From a virus (Duplodnaviria; Caudoviricetes): a stretch of 24,195 nucleotides of DNA. The notes below the pieces were generated by a model, which saw nothing but the letters and a program-made list of their open reading frames with translations, did not search any database and was not told where the DNA came from. Positions within the stretch are counted from its first letter, which is position 1; the number at the start of each line of letters is the position of its first letter. Below, piece after piece: positions 1 through 9,215 of the stretch. Both the position numbers and the translations under genes were made by a program. The stretch covers positions 1 through 24,195 of IMG/VR virus record IMGVR_UViG_3300030372_003457. One strand, given 5' to 3'.

Positions 1-459
1 CTTATGGACATACTAGAAGAAGTAGAAGGCAAAGCTGTAATATGGGCTCATTACAGACATGACATAGAAAAAATTGTAGAAGCTATATCAAAAAAATATG
101 GAGAGAAAACTATTGTTACATACTATGGTGATACAAGTACAGATGATAGACAAAAAGCAATTGATAAAATACAAGATAAAAACTCACCAGTTAGATTTAT
201 AATTGGCACAACACAAACAGGTGGTTATGGTATTACACTTACAGGTGCATCAACAATGATATATTATTCAAACGGTTATGACCTTGAAAAACGACAGCAG
301 TCAGAAGCTAGAATAGATAGAATAGGCCAAGAAAAACCTATGACATATATTGATATTATTGCAGAAGATACGATTGATACTAAGATTGTAAAATCGTTAC
401 GTAATAAAGTTAATATAGCTACAGAGATAATGGGTGAAGAGTTAAAAGCTTGGATCTAA
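1..459 (+). CDS. SNF2-like (superfamily 2) DNA helicase, C-terminal HELICc domain; 5'-partial
   Basis: The frame is open from base 1, so the Met at 4 is probably internal. Motifs KAVIWAHY, GGYGITLTGASTMIYYS and QSEARIDRIGQ match SF2 motifs IV-VI typical of phage SNF2 helicases. Confidence 0.9.
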   Translation, partial: LMDILEEVEGKAVIWAHYRHDIEKIVEAISKKYGEKTIVTYYGDTSTDDRQKAIDKIQDKNSPVRFIIGTTQTGGYGITLTGASTMIYYSNGYDLEKRQQSEARIDRIGQEKPMTYIDIIAEDTIDTKIVKSLRNKVNIATEIMGEELKAWI

Positions 460-665
460 TTTATAAATAAATTAAATAAACCTACAAGCGTTAGTATAGT
501 TGTAAACGCACCACCAACAATCCAATAAATTACAGTGTCTGTTTTTCTTTCTAGTTTACCTATGTCTGCGTGTAGATGATCTATTTGTTTTTTAAATCCT
601 GTTACATATCCGTAAAGAGATACTAAATGTTCGCCAGTTGTTTTTGGTGGTTTTCCGTTAGGCAT
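456..665 (-). CDS. Small membrane protein (coiled coil plus C-terminal TM helix), holin/XhlA-like candidate
   Basis: 69 aa with a heptad-like segment KKQIDHLHADIGKLERK followed by hydrophobic VIYWIVGGAFTTILTLVGLFNLF. It is the last gene of the late operon and has an AGGAG SD upstream. Confidence 0.55.
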   Translation of the reverse strand: MPNGKPPKTTGEHLVSLYGYVTGFKKQIDHLHADIGKLERKTDTVIYWIVGGAFTTILTLVGLFNLFIN

Positions 666-667
666 AA

Positions 668-1228
668 TTAACTCCTATCTGTGGGATCATAACTTCCTAT
701 ATCACCAGGGTCGCTATCATCCTCTGCCGCTTGTATACCTGCTGCTACCGCAGCGTCAAAAGAAGATATTCCTTCTTGACTGTCATCATCAATATTAGAT
801 CGTATACCTGCTTCTAATCCTTTTATATTAACACCAGAACCTGTGTACTCGTCTCCAAAAGCCTCATTTAATCCAAAAGGTAATTTACCTTTACTAGCTA
901 GATTTCTTAATTGCATTGCAACACCCACGGGTGGAGCAACTAATCCAACTAAAAAAGATTGAAGTGTACTTGGTGGCTTGCCAAAAGATCCTCTAGGTCC
1001 TGTGAATACATTACTAATTCCACCATCATCTTGATCCATTTTAAAATTTTGTTGTTGCCGTTGAAACATTTGTTGTCTTAAATCTGTTATTCCACCTGTG
1101 CCTGTAGAACCTTGATTAGTAAAATCTCCCATACCACCAAAGCCTTGAGATGCCAAGAAGGCAAGTATATCTTCTTCTGTGGCGTTGGGATTTAAATTTG
1201 TATAATAATTTCTTAAAAATTGTTCCAT
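668..1228 (-). CDS. Hypothetical virion internal/ejection-associated protein
   Basis: 186 aa, low complexity, with a central hydrophobic segment (FLVGLVAPPVGVAM) and an acidic tail. Coupled by TAATG to the upstream gene. Its N-terminus matches a segment of the 494 aa protein. Confidence 0.6.
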   Translation of the reverse strand: MEQFLRNYYTNLNPNATEEDILAFLASQGFGGMGDFTNQGSTGTGGITDLRQQMFQRQQQNFKMDQDDGGISNVFTGPRGSFGKPPSTLQSFLVGLVAPPVGVAMQLRNLASKGKLPFGLNEAFGDEYTGSGVNIKGLEAGIRSNIDDDSQEGISSFDAAVAAGIQAAEDDSDPGDIGSYDPTDRS

Positions 1229-4200
1229 TAAGCTAATCCTCTGTTTTTAAGTGTCATCATCTTCTCTTCGTCAGATAATAAAGCTTTTTCTACCATAGTC
1301 AATCCAGTTTCAGTTACTGGTGCAGGTGTTTGCACCACTGCAGCATTTGGCATAGGTTGTTCTGGTAACGGTGGTACCATGCTAGTATTAGTTTCTGGTA
1401 ATAAATAATCTTTTTCGTTAATTACGAGAGGTTGATTTAATTTTTGTTTTTCAAATAATTCCTCTTGTATTTGAAACAATTTTTCAAGAACTCTATCATT
1501 TAATGGATTTGGTATTCCTTTTTCTTCTGATAATTTAGCAAAACCAGCGATAACATCGTCACTAATATTAAATGGTTTAAAAGCATTATTTTCTATAAAC
1601 TCATATACAGGTATTGATTTTTGATCATCAAACTCCTCTGCTATCTTTGGATCTCTCATGCCTAATACTTTTACAGCATCATAGATTCTACGTAGTTTAC
1701 TGTATGATTCTAAATGCTGTTTGTTAGCTTTTATGTATTGTCTTATAATTTGATTTTCATCTTTTACAGGGTCGCCACTTCTTGTACCTTCAAATATTAA
1801 TTTACGTTCTTCGAATGTATTTCTTTTAAACTCAGCTATTTTAAAGTTTAAGTTTTTTTCTAAATTTATTGGAACTTTTCTAAATCCTGTAAAGCCTAAA
1901 AGTTCATCAGGTATTTGATATTTTTCACCTTTTAATGTGTCTCCCGTTAAGGCTTTTGATAATCTTAATATCTGTGCATAAGAGAAAGGAGATAATTCGT
2001 ACGCTGCATGTTGAAATGATTTAGATATTTTATCACCTAATGGATCTCTCGGATTAAATATTGTTCGACCGTCTTTTGTTTTACCATTTCTAGCAAAAAT
2101 ATCTAATACAGTTGATGTCCAAATAGCTTCTTGAATAAAAGGTTCTAAAACTTTTCCTCCAGCTTTTACCATAGCGTCTAGAATTGTAGGCACTAACGGA
2201 GCGTTTGGATTTTTTTGCACAGTAGATAGTGTTGTTTGTGCAGGTTGAATCATTGTGTCATAAAAGAAGCCGTGACTAAAATCTATATATTTATATTTAC
2301 CGTCTTCATAAATTGGTAAAATAGTATTATCCTCTGACCATGTTGGTAGAACTTCTCTTATAGCGCTTAATTGTTCTCTAGTTATTCCATACATACCCCT
2401 AAATAATTCTACGGCCGCTACAGGTAAAAACGTATATGTAAAACCTTGTCCAACTAAACTATTATATCCTATTTGTTTTCTTATGGGGTCTTTAACTTCT
2501 TTTAAACCTCTCATAAGAGTATTTGCCCCTGTTCTATATATTTCCGCAGGAAAGGCCGCAAAACTTCCAAGTGGTGAACGTCTAACACTTTTTACAAAAT
2601 CAGATACGTAAGCATAGTTTGGTACAGTTTCTCTTACAATTTGTGCTGCTTCTTTCATAATTGCTAAATCCGATGGTTTGTTAGCTCTTGTTACAACTTT
2701 ACCAGAAGCATCTTTAATACCTTTTTTAATTGCAATCTCAAAAGCATTATCTAATTTATGTGCTTCAGCTAAAAAATTATATACTCTAAATACATCATCT
2801 TCTGCTGTGTATAAATCTTGAGCGACGTCATATATTTTTTTAAATTTTTTTGTACCCGTATTTAAAACCTTATTAAAAAATCTATCTGTTGTACCATATC
2901 TTGTTCTTATTTGTGCTACGTCTTGAAAAATACCTTCTACGTCTCTCGCTACTACGTTCTGATTTGTAACACCCTCTTCTAATAAAAATCTATACATTGC
3001 TTGGTCTTCAGGTGCGTTTCTATATTTAGGATTACCTGTCATTCTATACAGAATTTGAGGTTGCACAGCTTTTCTAGCTCTGTTTGCAAACTCACCTATT
3101 TTAGCTGGTGGTATTAAAATATTACCTCTGTGCACAGTTGTAATAGCAGCGGAGAAAAAGTTTCTTGCGTGTGTAAAAAATCCAAGAACAGTTTTAGCTG
3201 CTTGTGCTGCACCCTTTGGAATTAACATAAGTATTCTGTAAGGTAAACTTCTTGTAATAGAGCTGCCCACGACAGCATCACCAACTCTTATAGCTTCAGC
3301 ATATGGCTGTGTTGTAAAATATCCATCTAAAGGGCTCTTATAAATTGTTTCTGGTAATTTAGTTTTTAAATTTAATGGTTGTCTTGTTATAACTTGAAAA
3401 GGTAATTCAGTAACAGCCTTGTTATATCTTTTAAAAAATATAGGTCTTCCTATTTGTCCAGGATCTGCACCAGCTCTTAATTGTTTTGCAATATTTTGTG
3501 AGTCTTTTAATAGGTTTGTGTAAAATTTATCTCTAGCTATAATTTCAGATAATTCTGTCATAACGTTATAGATGCCTTTTTGAGCATTTTTATATTCACC
3601 AAACAATTTTTTAAAAGCTGTAAGATCTGATTCTTTTTGTATTAGACCTCCTCTACCATCAGGTTTAAATTTACCTGACGTTATATACTTACCTATATTT
3701 ACTGTTTGCACTGGTTTAGCAGCAAAAGCACTTTCTTCTCCAATATCAAATACTAATGCGTTTGTAGATTTATCTTTAAATGCATTTTTAGTTATATTGT
3801 TTACTAATTTAACTGCAGTTTCACTATCTAATGATCTACCATTATCTCTTGCGTATCTTTGTAAAATTTTTGCTACTTGATTTATACTCTCATTAGTAGG
3901 AGTGTACCCGTTAAATAATCCTGCGTTATCATCAATTATCTTATAATCAACAGCTAATACATTTTTTATTCTTTCATTTAATATATTATTTAATTTTTCA
4001 GTTCCTACTTTTACATTTTTACTAGCAGCAATTAAATTTTTTAATCCTGTTGCTGTTTCTCTAAAGGCTTTAGTATCGGTTATTATTTTTTCAGCTGATT
4101 TTTTAGGCACGCCTAATTTATTTAATGACGCTATAAATTTACTTCTAACCTTTTGATTAAACCCAGGAAAAACAATTTTATTTTTTTTAACAACATCGTC

Positions 4201-5418
4201 TGCAGAATATGTAAATTCTGCAATAAGTTTTGATAAGTTAGCTGGATCTTTAAGTGCTTGTGCAGCACCTTTAGTTTCTCTTGATATTTCTCTTATTGAG
4301 TCATCAATATTTCTAGAAGCATCTTTAGCTAAAATTTTTACTGCAGATTTTTTACCCTCTAGCTTTTGTATACCATCAAACAATTCTTGTGTTTTATTAC
4401 TTCTAGATCTAAAAGGTTTTGCAATAAATCTATCAACCCATCTTTCTAACATACTGTCGCTGTATGCAATATCTTTACCTTTTTGAACTATAAGTTTACC
4501 TATTTTTCCGCCACCTACTATAAAAGGCACAATAGGAAAAGCTAACTCTCCACCAAACTTTAATCTGTTTAGCAGTTGTCTTTTTGATTCTTCACCACCC
4601 TCTTCTCTTGCCGTCCTGTCTAATCCTGTAGGTAAAAAATCTAAGTAATCCCAATCACCAAAAGTTCCTATATCTTCTACATCAGAAACAATAAAACCCG
4701 CTCCTATACCACCACCTATGGCTATGGCTGCAAATTTATCTGTGCCTGTTATTGTATTTAGTTTGTTTGCTTCTTTAATAGCTCTTGCCGCGTTTACATT
4801 ATTTGTGGTTTTAACATACCTACCACTTTTTATTGCACTTACAAGCTGTCTAACTTTTTGAGATCCTTTTTCTACAACTGGTATAATAGTTTTTTTTGCT
4901 ATTTTACCTGCACCATACAATTGTCCAATCGCTTCTGTAAGCTTACCTGCTGCTGTTTCTGCAGCTACTTCTTCAGATGCTCTTTCTATTTTACCTAAAG
5001 TTGATTGATCAAAAGCTTCATTAAATTTAGCTGTTAATGTTTCGTCAACAGGTATGCCGTCCTCTCTAAATATATCATAAAGCAAAGTTCCAAACGTCAC
5101 TAATCCTTTTGGTATTTTAATACCAGCACTCATGGTAGCGCCAACTAAAGATTCAAAAAGAGATACGTCTTCTTCTACCTCTTTACCTTGAACCTTGTCT
5201 GCAATTTTACTAATACCTCTAATATATTCTTCAGTTATAGTTCCAGTTTTAGTATCTTTAGATATAACATCACCAAAGAAAGGAGTTTTTTCTTCTTCTG
5301 GGATTGGTTTTGCTTCTTCTATTAGGGTGCCGTCCTCTATTTCTTTAGGGACTTCTTCAGTAATATCTTCTCTATCGTCGAAAGTTAGACCTTCTGGTAA
5401 TTTAAATTTATCAGACAT
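1228..5418 (-). CDS. Large internal core/ejection (DNA transfer) protein
   Basis: 1396 aa, helical, with an acidic N-terminus and hydrophobic Gly/Ala segments. The motifs YTAEDDVFRVYNF and AAQIVRETVPNY..V..FVK..RRSPLGSFAAFPAEIYR are typical of large podovirus internal proteins. It sits last in the ejection-gene block, the position of P22 gp16 or T7 gp16. Confidence 0.7.
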   Translation of the reverse strand: MSDKFKLPEGLTFDDREDITEEVPKEIEDGTLIEEAKPIPEEEKTPFFGDVISKDTKTGTITEEYIRGISKIADKVQGKEVEEDVSLFESLVGATMSAGIKIPKGLVTFGTLLYDIFREDGIPVDETLTAKFNEAFDQSTLGKIERASEEVAAETAAGKLTEAIGQLYGAGKIAKKTIIPVVEKGSQKVRQLVSAIKSGRYVKTTNNVNAARAIKEANKLNTITGTDKFAAIAIGGGIGAGFIVSDVEDIGTFGDWDYLDFLPTGLDRTAREEGGEESKRQLLNRLKFGGELAFPIVPFIVGGGKIGKLIVQKGKDIAYSDSMLERWVDRFIAKPFRSRSNKTQELFDGIQKLEGKKSAVKILAKDASRNIDDSIREISRETKGAAQALKDPANLSKLIAEFTYSADDVVKKNKIVFPGFNQKVRSKFIASLNKLGVPKKSAEKIITDTKAFRETATGLKNLIAASKNVKVGTEKLNNILNERIKNVLAVDYKIIDDNAGLFNGYTPTNESINQVAKILQRYARDNGRSLDSETAVKLVNNITKNAFKDKSTNALVFDIGEESAFAAKPVQTVNIGKYITSGKFKPDGRGGLIQKESDLTAFKKLFGEYKNAQKGIYNVMTELSEIIARDKFYTNLLKDSQNIAKQLRAGADPGQIGRPIFFKRYNKAVTELPFQVITRQPLNLKTKLPETIYKSPLDGYFTTQPYAEAIRVGDAVVGSSITRSLPYRILMLIPKGAAQAAKTVLGFFTHARNFFSAAITTVHRGNILIPPAKIGEFANRARKAVQPQILYRMTGNPKYRNAPEDQAMYRFLLEEGVTNQNVVARDVEGIFQDVAQIRTRYGTTDRFFNKVLNTGTKKFKKIYDVAQDLYTAEDDVFRVYNFLAEAHKLDNAFEIAIKKGIKDASGKVVTRANKPSDLAIMKEAAQIVRETVPNYAYVSDFVKSVRRSPLGSFAAFPAEIYRTGANTLMRGLKEVKDPIRKQIGYNSLVGQGFTYTFLPVAAVELFRGMYGITREQLSAIREVLPTWSEDNTILPIYEDGKYKYIDFSHGFFYDTMIQPAQTTLSTVQKNPNAPLVPTILDAMVKAGGKVLEPFIQEAIWTSTVLDIFARNGKTKDGRTIFNPRDPLGDKISKSFQHAAYELSPFSYAQILRLSKALTGDTLKGEKYQIPDELLGFTGFRKVPINLEKNLNFKIAEFKRNTFEERKLIFEGTRSGDPVKDENQIIRQYIKANKQHLESYSKLRRIYDAVKVLGMRDPKIAEEFDDQKSIPVYEFIENNAFKPFNISDDVIAGFAKLSEEKGIPNPLNDRVLEKLFQIQEELFEKQKLNQPLVINEKDYLLPETNTSMVPPLPEQPMPNAAVVQTPAPVTETGLTMVEKALLSDEEKMMTLKNRGLA

Positions 5419-5430
5419 CTAGTCCCCTTT

Positions 5431-6300
5431 CTATTTTCCTAAAGGAATAAGTATGTTTTGAGTTTCATCAAAGTATAAATATTTACCCTCACCTCTAAGA
5501 TCATAGTATGTAAACTTATCTTCAAAATCTAAATCAGCAGGAGGTTCGAACACTGTCTTTTTTCCTTGTGCTGTTTCAATAATTTTTGGTTTAAGTTCTT
5601 TTAATTTTTTTGGAGGTATAGCGAACATATTGTTATCTATTTTAAAATTTTTATTTTCTTTTGATTTTTGTACAGCTTTAAAATATGCATCTGTAATAGC
5701 ATCTGCTTGTTGTGGCTTAAATATTTTTTGACCAAACTTTTCATCAGCCAATAAAGCTTTTTTAAACGCGCCTTTTTCTTTCTGTAATATTGTGCCAGGT
5801 GATTGTTCATCTTGATACATAAATTTATTTAATAAACTATTAAATACTTGATTTTCATCTCGGCCTGTTACATCAGCTATTTTTTTAGCGTTTCTTCTTA
5901 TTTTTGCAATATCGTCAGCTCCCATTTTAGATAGTAAAGATGCTGCTATTTTTCTTCTACTTAAATCTTTTACCTGTTGTGCTTTAATTGCTTTGTCTAA
6001 AGGTTTTCTTGTTGCACCTGAAATTTCTTGTAATTTAGTGCCACCTGCAGATTCACCACTTATTAAATTTTGACCTGTCTGTAATAAAAATTGTGTTAAC
6101 GGATCTCCCAGTGGACTAGCTCCTGCTCCAGAAAAAGCATCTATTAAATTAACTCTGTTTTGAATATTTTTAAGGTCGTCACGCATAGAATCAGACATAC
6201 CTTTTTCTGAAAACTTTTCTCTAGGCTTGATACCAGTCATGATACCTTCCATAACTTCTCCGCCTTTTCTAAACATTGGTCTTTTTAATATTCTACTCAT
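5431..6300 (-). CDS. Putative ejection/internal virion protein
   Basis: 289 aa with the leader MSRILKRPMFRKGG and an amphipathic PLTQFLLQTGQNLIS segment. It lies inside the ejection block and is TAATG-coupled. Confidence 0.6.
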   Translation of the reverse strand: MSRILKRPMFRKGGEVMEGIMTGIKPREKFSEKGMSDSMRDDLKNIQNRVNLIDAFSGAGASPLGDPLTQFLLQTGQNLISGESAGGTKLQEISGATRKPLDKAIKAQQVKDLSRRKIAASLLSKMGADDIAKIRRNAKKIADVTGRDENQVFNSLLNKFMYQDEQSPGTILQKEKGAFKKALLADEKFGQKIFKPQQADAITDAYFKAVQKSKENKNFKIDNNMFAIPPKKLKELKPKIIETAQGKKTVFEPPADLDFEDKFTYYDLRGEGKYLYFDETQNILIPLGK

Positions 6301-7169
6301 TATACTATTTTAATCTGTTGTTGTGCCGGGTTAATTAATCTGTAAATACCAGCTAATGTTGATGCTGTTCCTAAACCTGTAGCTAACGGCGATGGTGTAG
6401 GTGCAGGTGGAGCTGTTTGAGTTCTACCTGGATATCCTGCAATTAATTGTGTAACACCAGAACCAAATTGTTGTGCTGCTTCTAATGGTTGTAAAGCTTG
6501 TCTTGATAATAATTGTTGTTGCGCTGTTAAACCTTGTTGTGTTCTCGCTGCTTGCTGCGCGCCTAAACCTGTTAAGCTTGCAATCTGTTGACCCAACAAT
6601 GCGGGTGATTGTTGTGCTAAACCTAACTGACCAGCTGATAGTGCTCTTTGTTGATTAAATGCTTGTGCCGCTAAATTTTGTGCTTGGCCAAAACCTTGTT
6701 GTAATAATTGTGCTTGTAAAGCTGCTCTGTTTCTAGCTTGATTAGATAAAAATTCTGCTCTTTGTACACCCTCTCTACCACCACCAAATGCACCAGCTTG
6801 TATGGCTTGATTTGCTAATGATGGTAAACCTGCTTGTGTTTGTCTGTCAAATTCTGCGAGTGTTGTATCAATAACATCTTGTTGAAAAGGTGACATGTAA
6901 GTCTGATAAGCAGTTGGACTTACTAAATCTTTTGCTGCCGTTTCTCTTGCAGCGGCTTCTGTTAAAAAAGGTTGAAAACCACCAAGACCAGGAGCTAACG
7001 CTTCTGCTTGTGTAGTTAATGCACTAGGTCCAGCAACAAACTGTGGACCCATAATAGTAGATAAATCTGTTGTTTTAAATGTGCCAATACCTTTTGTTAA
7101 ATCATCAAGGTATGTTTTCGCTGCCGCTTCTATAAATTCTGCTGGGGCTGTTCTTACTACTTCTGCCAT
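6300..7169 (-). CDS. Gln/Ala-rich DNA transfer (ejection/pilot) protein
   Basis: 289 aa, very rich in Q and A. The motif YMSPFQQDVID...AIQAGAFGGGREGV is typical of podovirus ejection proteins. It ends in a hydrophobic helix (LATGLGTASTLAGIY). Confidence 0.7.
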   Translation of the reverse strand: MAEVVRTAPAEFIEAAAKTYLDDLTKGIGTFKTTDLSTIMGPQFVAGPSALTTQAEALAPGLGGFQPFLTEAAARETAAKDLVSPTAYQTYMSPFQQDVIDTTLAEFDRQTQAGLPSLANQAIQAGAFGGGREGVQRAEFLSNQARNRAALQAQLLQQGFGQAQNLAAQAFNQQRALSAGQLGLAQQSPALLGQQIASLTGLGAQQAARTQQGLTAQQQLLSRQALQPLEAAQQFGSGVTQLIAGYPGRTQTAPPAPTPSPLATGLGTASTLAGIYRLINPAQQQIKIV

Positions 7170-8653
7170 TATGCTAATCTGCCGCCTTCCTCTAACATTT
7201 TCATTTGATCGTACATTTTTTGAGCGCCTACTTCAACGTCTCCATCGCCAGCGTTTTTTACAGCCTTAGCTGTAAATACAAATTCATTGTTTGATAACAT
7301 CGCTGGGATATCATCTGCTTTTTCTTTTATACCAACAGGGGGTATAAATCCACCTCTATCTCGTAGGTCTAATTCTTTTATACCTGCTTTATTTTCTCTG
7401 ATAGGTAGCCCCTCGATACCCGCCGCTTGCATAGCGTTCATGCTTGCAGAATCTCCTAGGGCTTTTTTAATTCTACCACCTGAGGCCTCATTCATTCTAA
7501 GACTTAAAGCTTCTCTAGCTTTTTCAGCTGCTTCATTTGGTGAAAGACCCATTTCTAAAAGTTTATTAAAAAGAGCCTTAATTTTATCTAACATTGTATT
7601 AGACGATTTTGCACCATACATAAATCTTTCTTTTTGCATTGTTTGAAAGTCGTCTGTTTCTCTAGGATTCATAAAGAAATTAGATGGATTAATATAATCT
7701 TCAAGTTTTGCAAAAGAAGCCATGTCTCTTGCTTCTGGATTATTAGGAATATTTTCGTCAGTGCCCTTTGCAAATTTAATTCTACCACCTAAAGCTGCTA
7801 GACCTCTATCCTCTAACCTCATCATACTCATTTCTTGAAACTCTTTTCTTGCTGCATCTGCTGCATCTTTTGGAGATAAACCCAGATCTAAATACTTTTC
7901 AAAAAGAGCTTCTAACACTCTCTCATTTGTATCATCAGATGCCATTCTTCTATCTGGTAATACTGGTGCATCTGCAGGTGGTTTTGGTCCAAAAGGATTT
8001 ACAGGTTGTGTTGGGTCTGGTGGTAATACTGGACCATCAGCAAAACCTATTCTGCCGCCTTTTGCATATCCACCCATACCAGCTGTATATTCAGTTGTAT
8101 TAGCAGAAACAAACTCTTCTATTTCTTCAGATCCTGCGTTTGGATTTAAATTTGTATAATATGATCTTAAATAAGATTTTAATTTTTCTGGATCTCTTAA
8201 TTCTTCTTCTGCTTGTTCTTCTGTTAAACCGTATTGAGATGTTAAAAAAGTAGATAGTCCTGCTAATGCACCGCCTTTTAATAACGCTGATTTAATACCA
8301 CCTTCTGTTGCAACTTTTCCAATTGCTTTTTGCATCGCTGGATTTCCAACGGCCATTTCAGGGCCAAAAAGACCGCCTACTACAGGTAAATTAGAAAATT
8401 CAAATCCTGTAGGGCCACCAGAAAATAATTTTCCAAACTGGCCACCACCTAATTTATATGTAGCTGCAGCTAATAGTGCAGCTTTACCAAGATCAGATGA
8501 TGCAATTTTTTTAACTGCTTTGGTTGCACCTTTTACAGCTTTCTTAGCACCTTTAAAAATACTTCCCAGACCATATTGTTCTCTAGGCACAGCGTTCATG
8601 ATTCCACCGCCCATGTATAATTGTCTTTTCATCTGTCCTCTTGTTATTGGCAT
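7169..8653 (-). CDS. Modular internal virion/ejection protein with repeated GGRI motifs
   Basis: 494 aa with an N-terminal amphipathic region (GLGSIFKGAKKAVKGATKAVKKIA), three AxGGRIx(F/K)AxG-type repeats and a C-terminal GGFIP...DDIPAMLSNNEFVFTAKAVKNAG domain. Confidence 0.7.
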   Translation of the reverse strand: MPITRGQMKRQLYMGGGIMNAVPREQYGLGSIFKGAKKAVKGATKAVKKIASSDLGKAALLAAATYKLGGGQFGKLFSGGPTGFEFSNLPVVGGLFGPEMAVGNPAMQKAIGKVATEGGIKSALLKGGALAGLSTFLTSQYGLTEEQAEEELRDPEKLKSYLRSYYTNLNPNAGSEEIEEFVSANTTEYTAGMGGYAKGGRIGFADGPVLPPDPTQPVNPFGPKPPADAPVLPDRRMASDDTNERVLEALFEKYLDLGLSPKDAADAARKEFQEMSMMRLEDRGLAALGGRIKFAKGTDENIPNNPEARDMASFAKLEDYINPSNFFMNPRETDDFQTMQKERFMYGAKSSNTMLDKIKALFNKLLEMGLSPNEAAEKAREALSLRMNEASGGRIKKALGDSASMNAMQAAGIEGLPIRENKAGIKELDLRDRGGFIPPVGIKEKADDIPAMLSNNEFVFTAKAVKNAGDGDVEVGAQKMYDQMKMLEEGGRLA

Positions 8654-8700
8654 AATTTAATTAAATTGTTATAGGCAGGCGTATAAATCCTGAATTTATT

Positions 8701-8729
8701 AATCTACTTGGTTTTTGGAAATAAATCAA
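8701..8729 (-). promoter_or_regulatory. Putative sigma70-type promoter for the ejection-protein block (TTGATT-N17-TAGATT)
   Basis: On the - strand, TTGATT (8729-8724), a 17 nt spacer and TAGATT (8706-8701) lie just upstream of the only sizeable intergenic gap before the 494 aa gene. Confidence 0.5.
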
Positions 8730-8874
8730 GACTTGGCATTATCACCGTAACGTCTCTCCTAATGTCCTCTGGGGACACTCCTTTTGTTTTCCATTCCTGG
8801 TCATTTTCGTACTTTTCTCCAGTCTTTTTGTTAGATATTGTTTCTATGATTTTCTCTGGTTTTAGTTCTTTCAT
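8704..8874 (-). CDS. Small hypothetical protein (56 aa), not in the supplied ORF track
   Basis: MKELKPEKIIETISNKKTGEKYENDQEWKTKGVSPEDIRRDVTVIMPSLDLFPKTK*. Its ATG overlaps the stop of the 113 aa gene (TAATG) and it fills the gap in the operon. Confidence 0.8.
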   Translation of the reverse strand: MKELKPEKIIETISNKKTGEKYENDQEWKTKGVSPEDIRRDVTVIMPSLDLFPKTK

Positions 8875-9215
8875 TATGTTGTTACCTCTCTTGGCTGTAT
8901 TTGTAATATTGAAGCTATAACGTGCAGCTCATTCGCGTCACTAGCTTGTACCTTTAATATCTCACTTTCCTCTACTACAAGGGGTTGAGTTAAAAGTTCT
9001 ACTGTTGTGTTGGTGTCTACTGCTTTTGTTTTAAACAAACTAAACACGTTGCCAGAAGCATCGGTTAACGTAATAGTTATATTACATGAGGACCCAGCAT
9101 CATTAGATACTAACAAAGATTTAACCAAAGAAACGTTTGCTGTTGGTGTCGTATACAACGTTGTGTTGTCTGTTGATGTTAAATCTACTTTTGCATTTAC
9201 AAAACTATTTGACAT
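8874..9215 (-). CDS. Small beta-rich tail-associated virion protein
   Basis: 113 aa, T/S/V-rich with a beta-sandwich-like pattern (TTLYTTP...VKSLLVSND...PLVVEESEILKVQAS). It lies downstream of the nozzle gene and is TAATG-coupled on both sides. Confidence 0.65.
   Translation of the reverse strand: MSNSFVNAKVDLTSTDNTTLYTTPTANVSLVKSLLVSNDAGSSCNITITLTDASGNVFSLFKTKAVDTNTTVELLTQPLVVEESEILKVQASDANELHVIASILQIQPREVTT

Noticed and set aside
7169-7400. Tape-measure annotation suggested by the GG...DDIPAMLSNNEFV motif
   Set aside because: The motif does occur at tape-measure C-termini, but the context is podoviral (adaptor, nozzle, ejection proteins) with no tail tube or tail chaperone genes.
8654-8667. 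14 bp palindrome AATTTAATTAAATT before the 494 aa start
   Set aside because: It is purely A/T in an AT-rich spacer and has no second copy, so chance is plausible.
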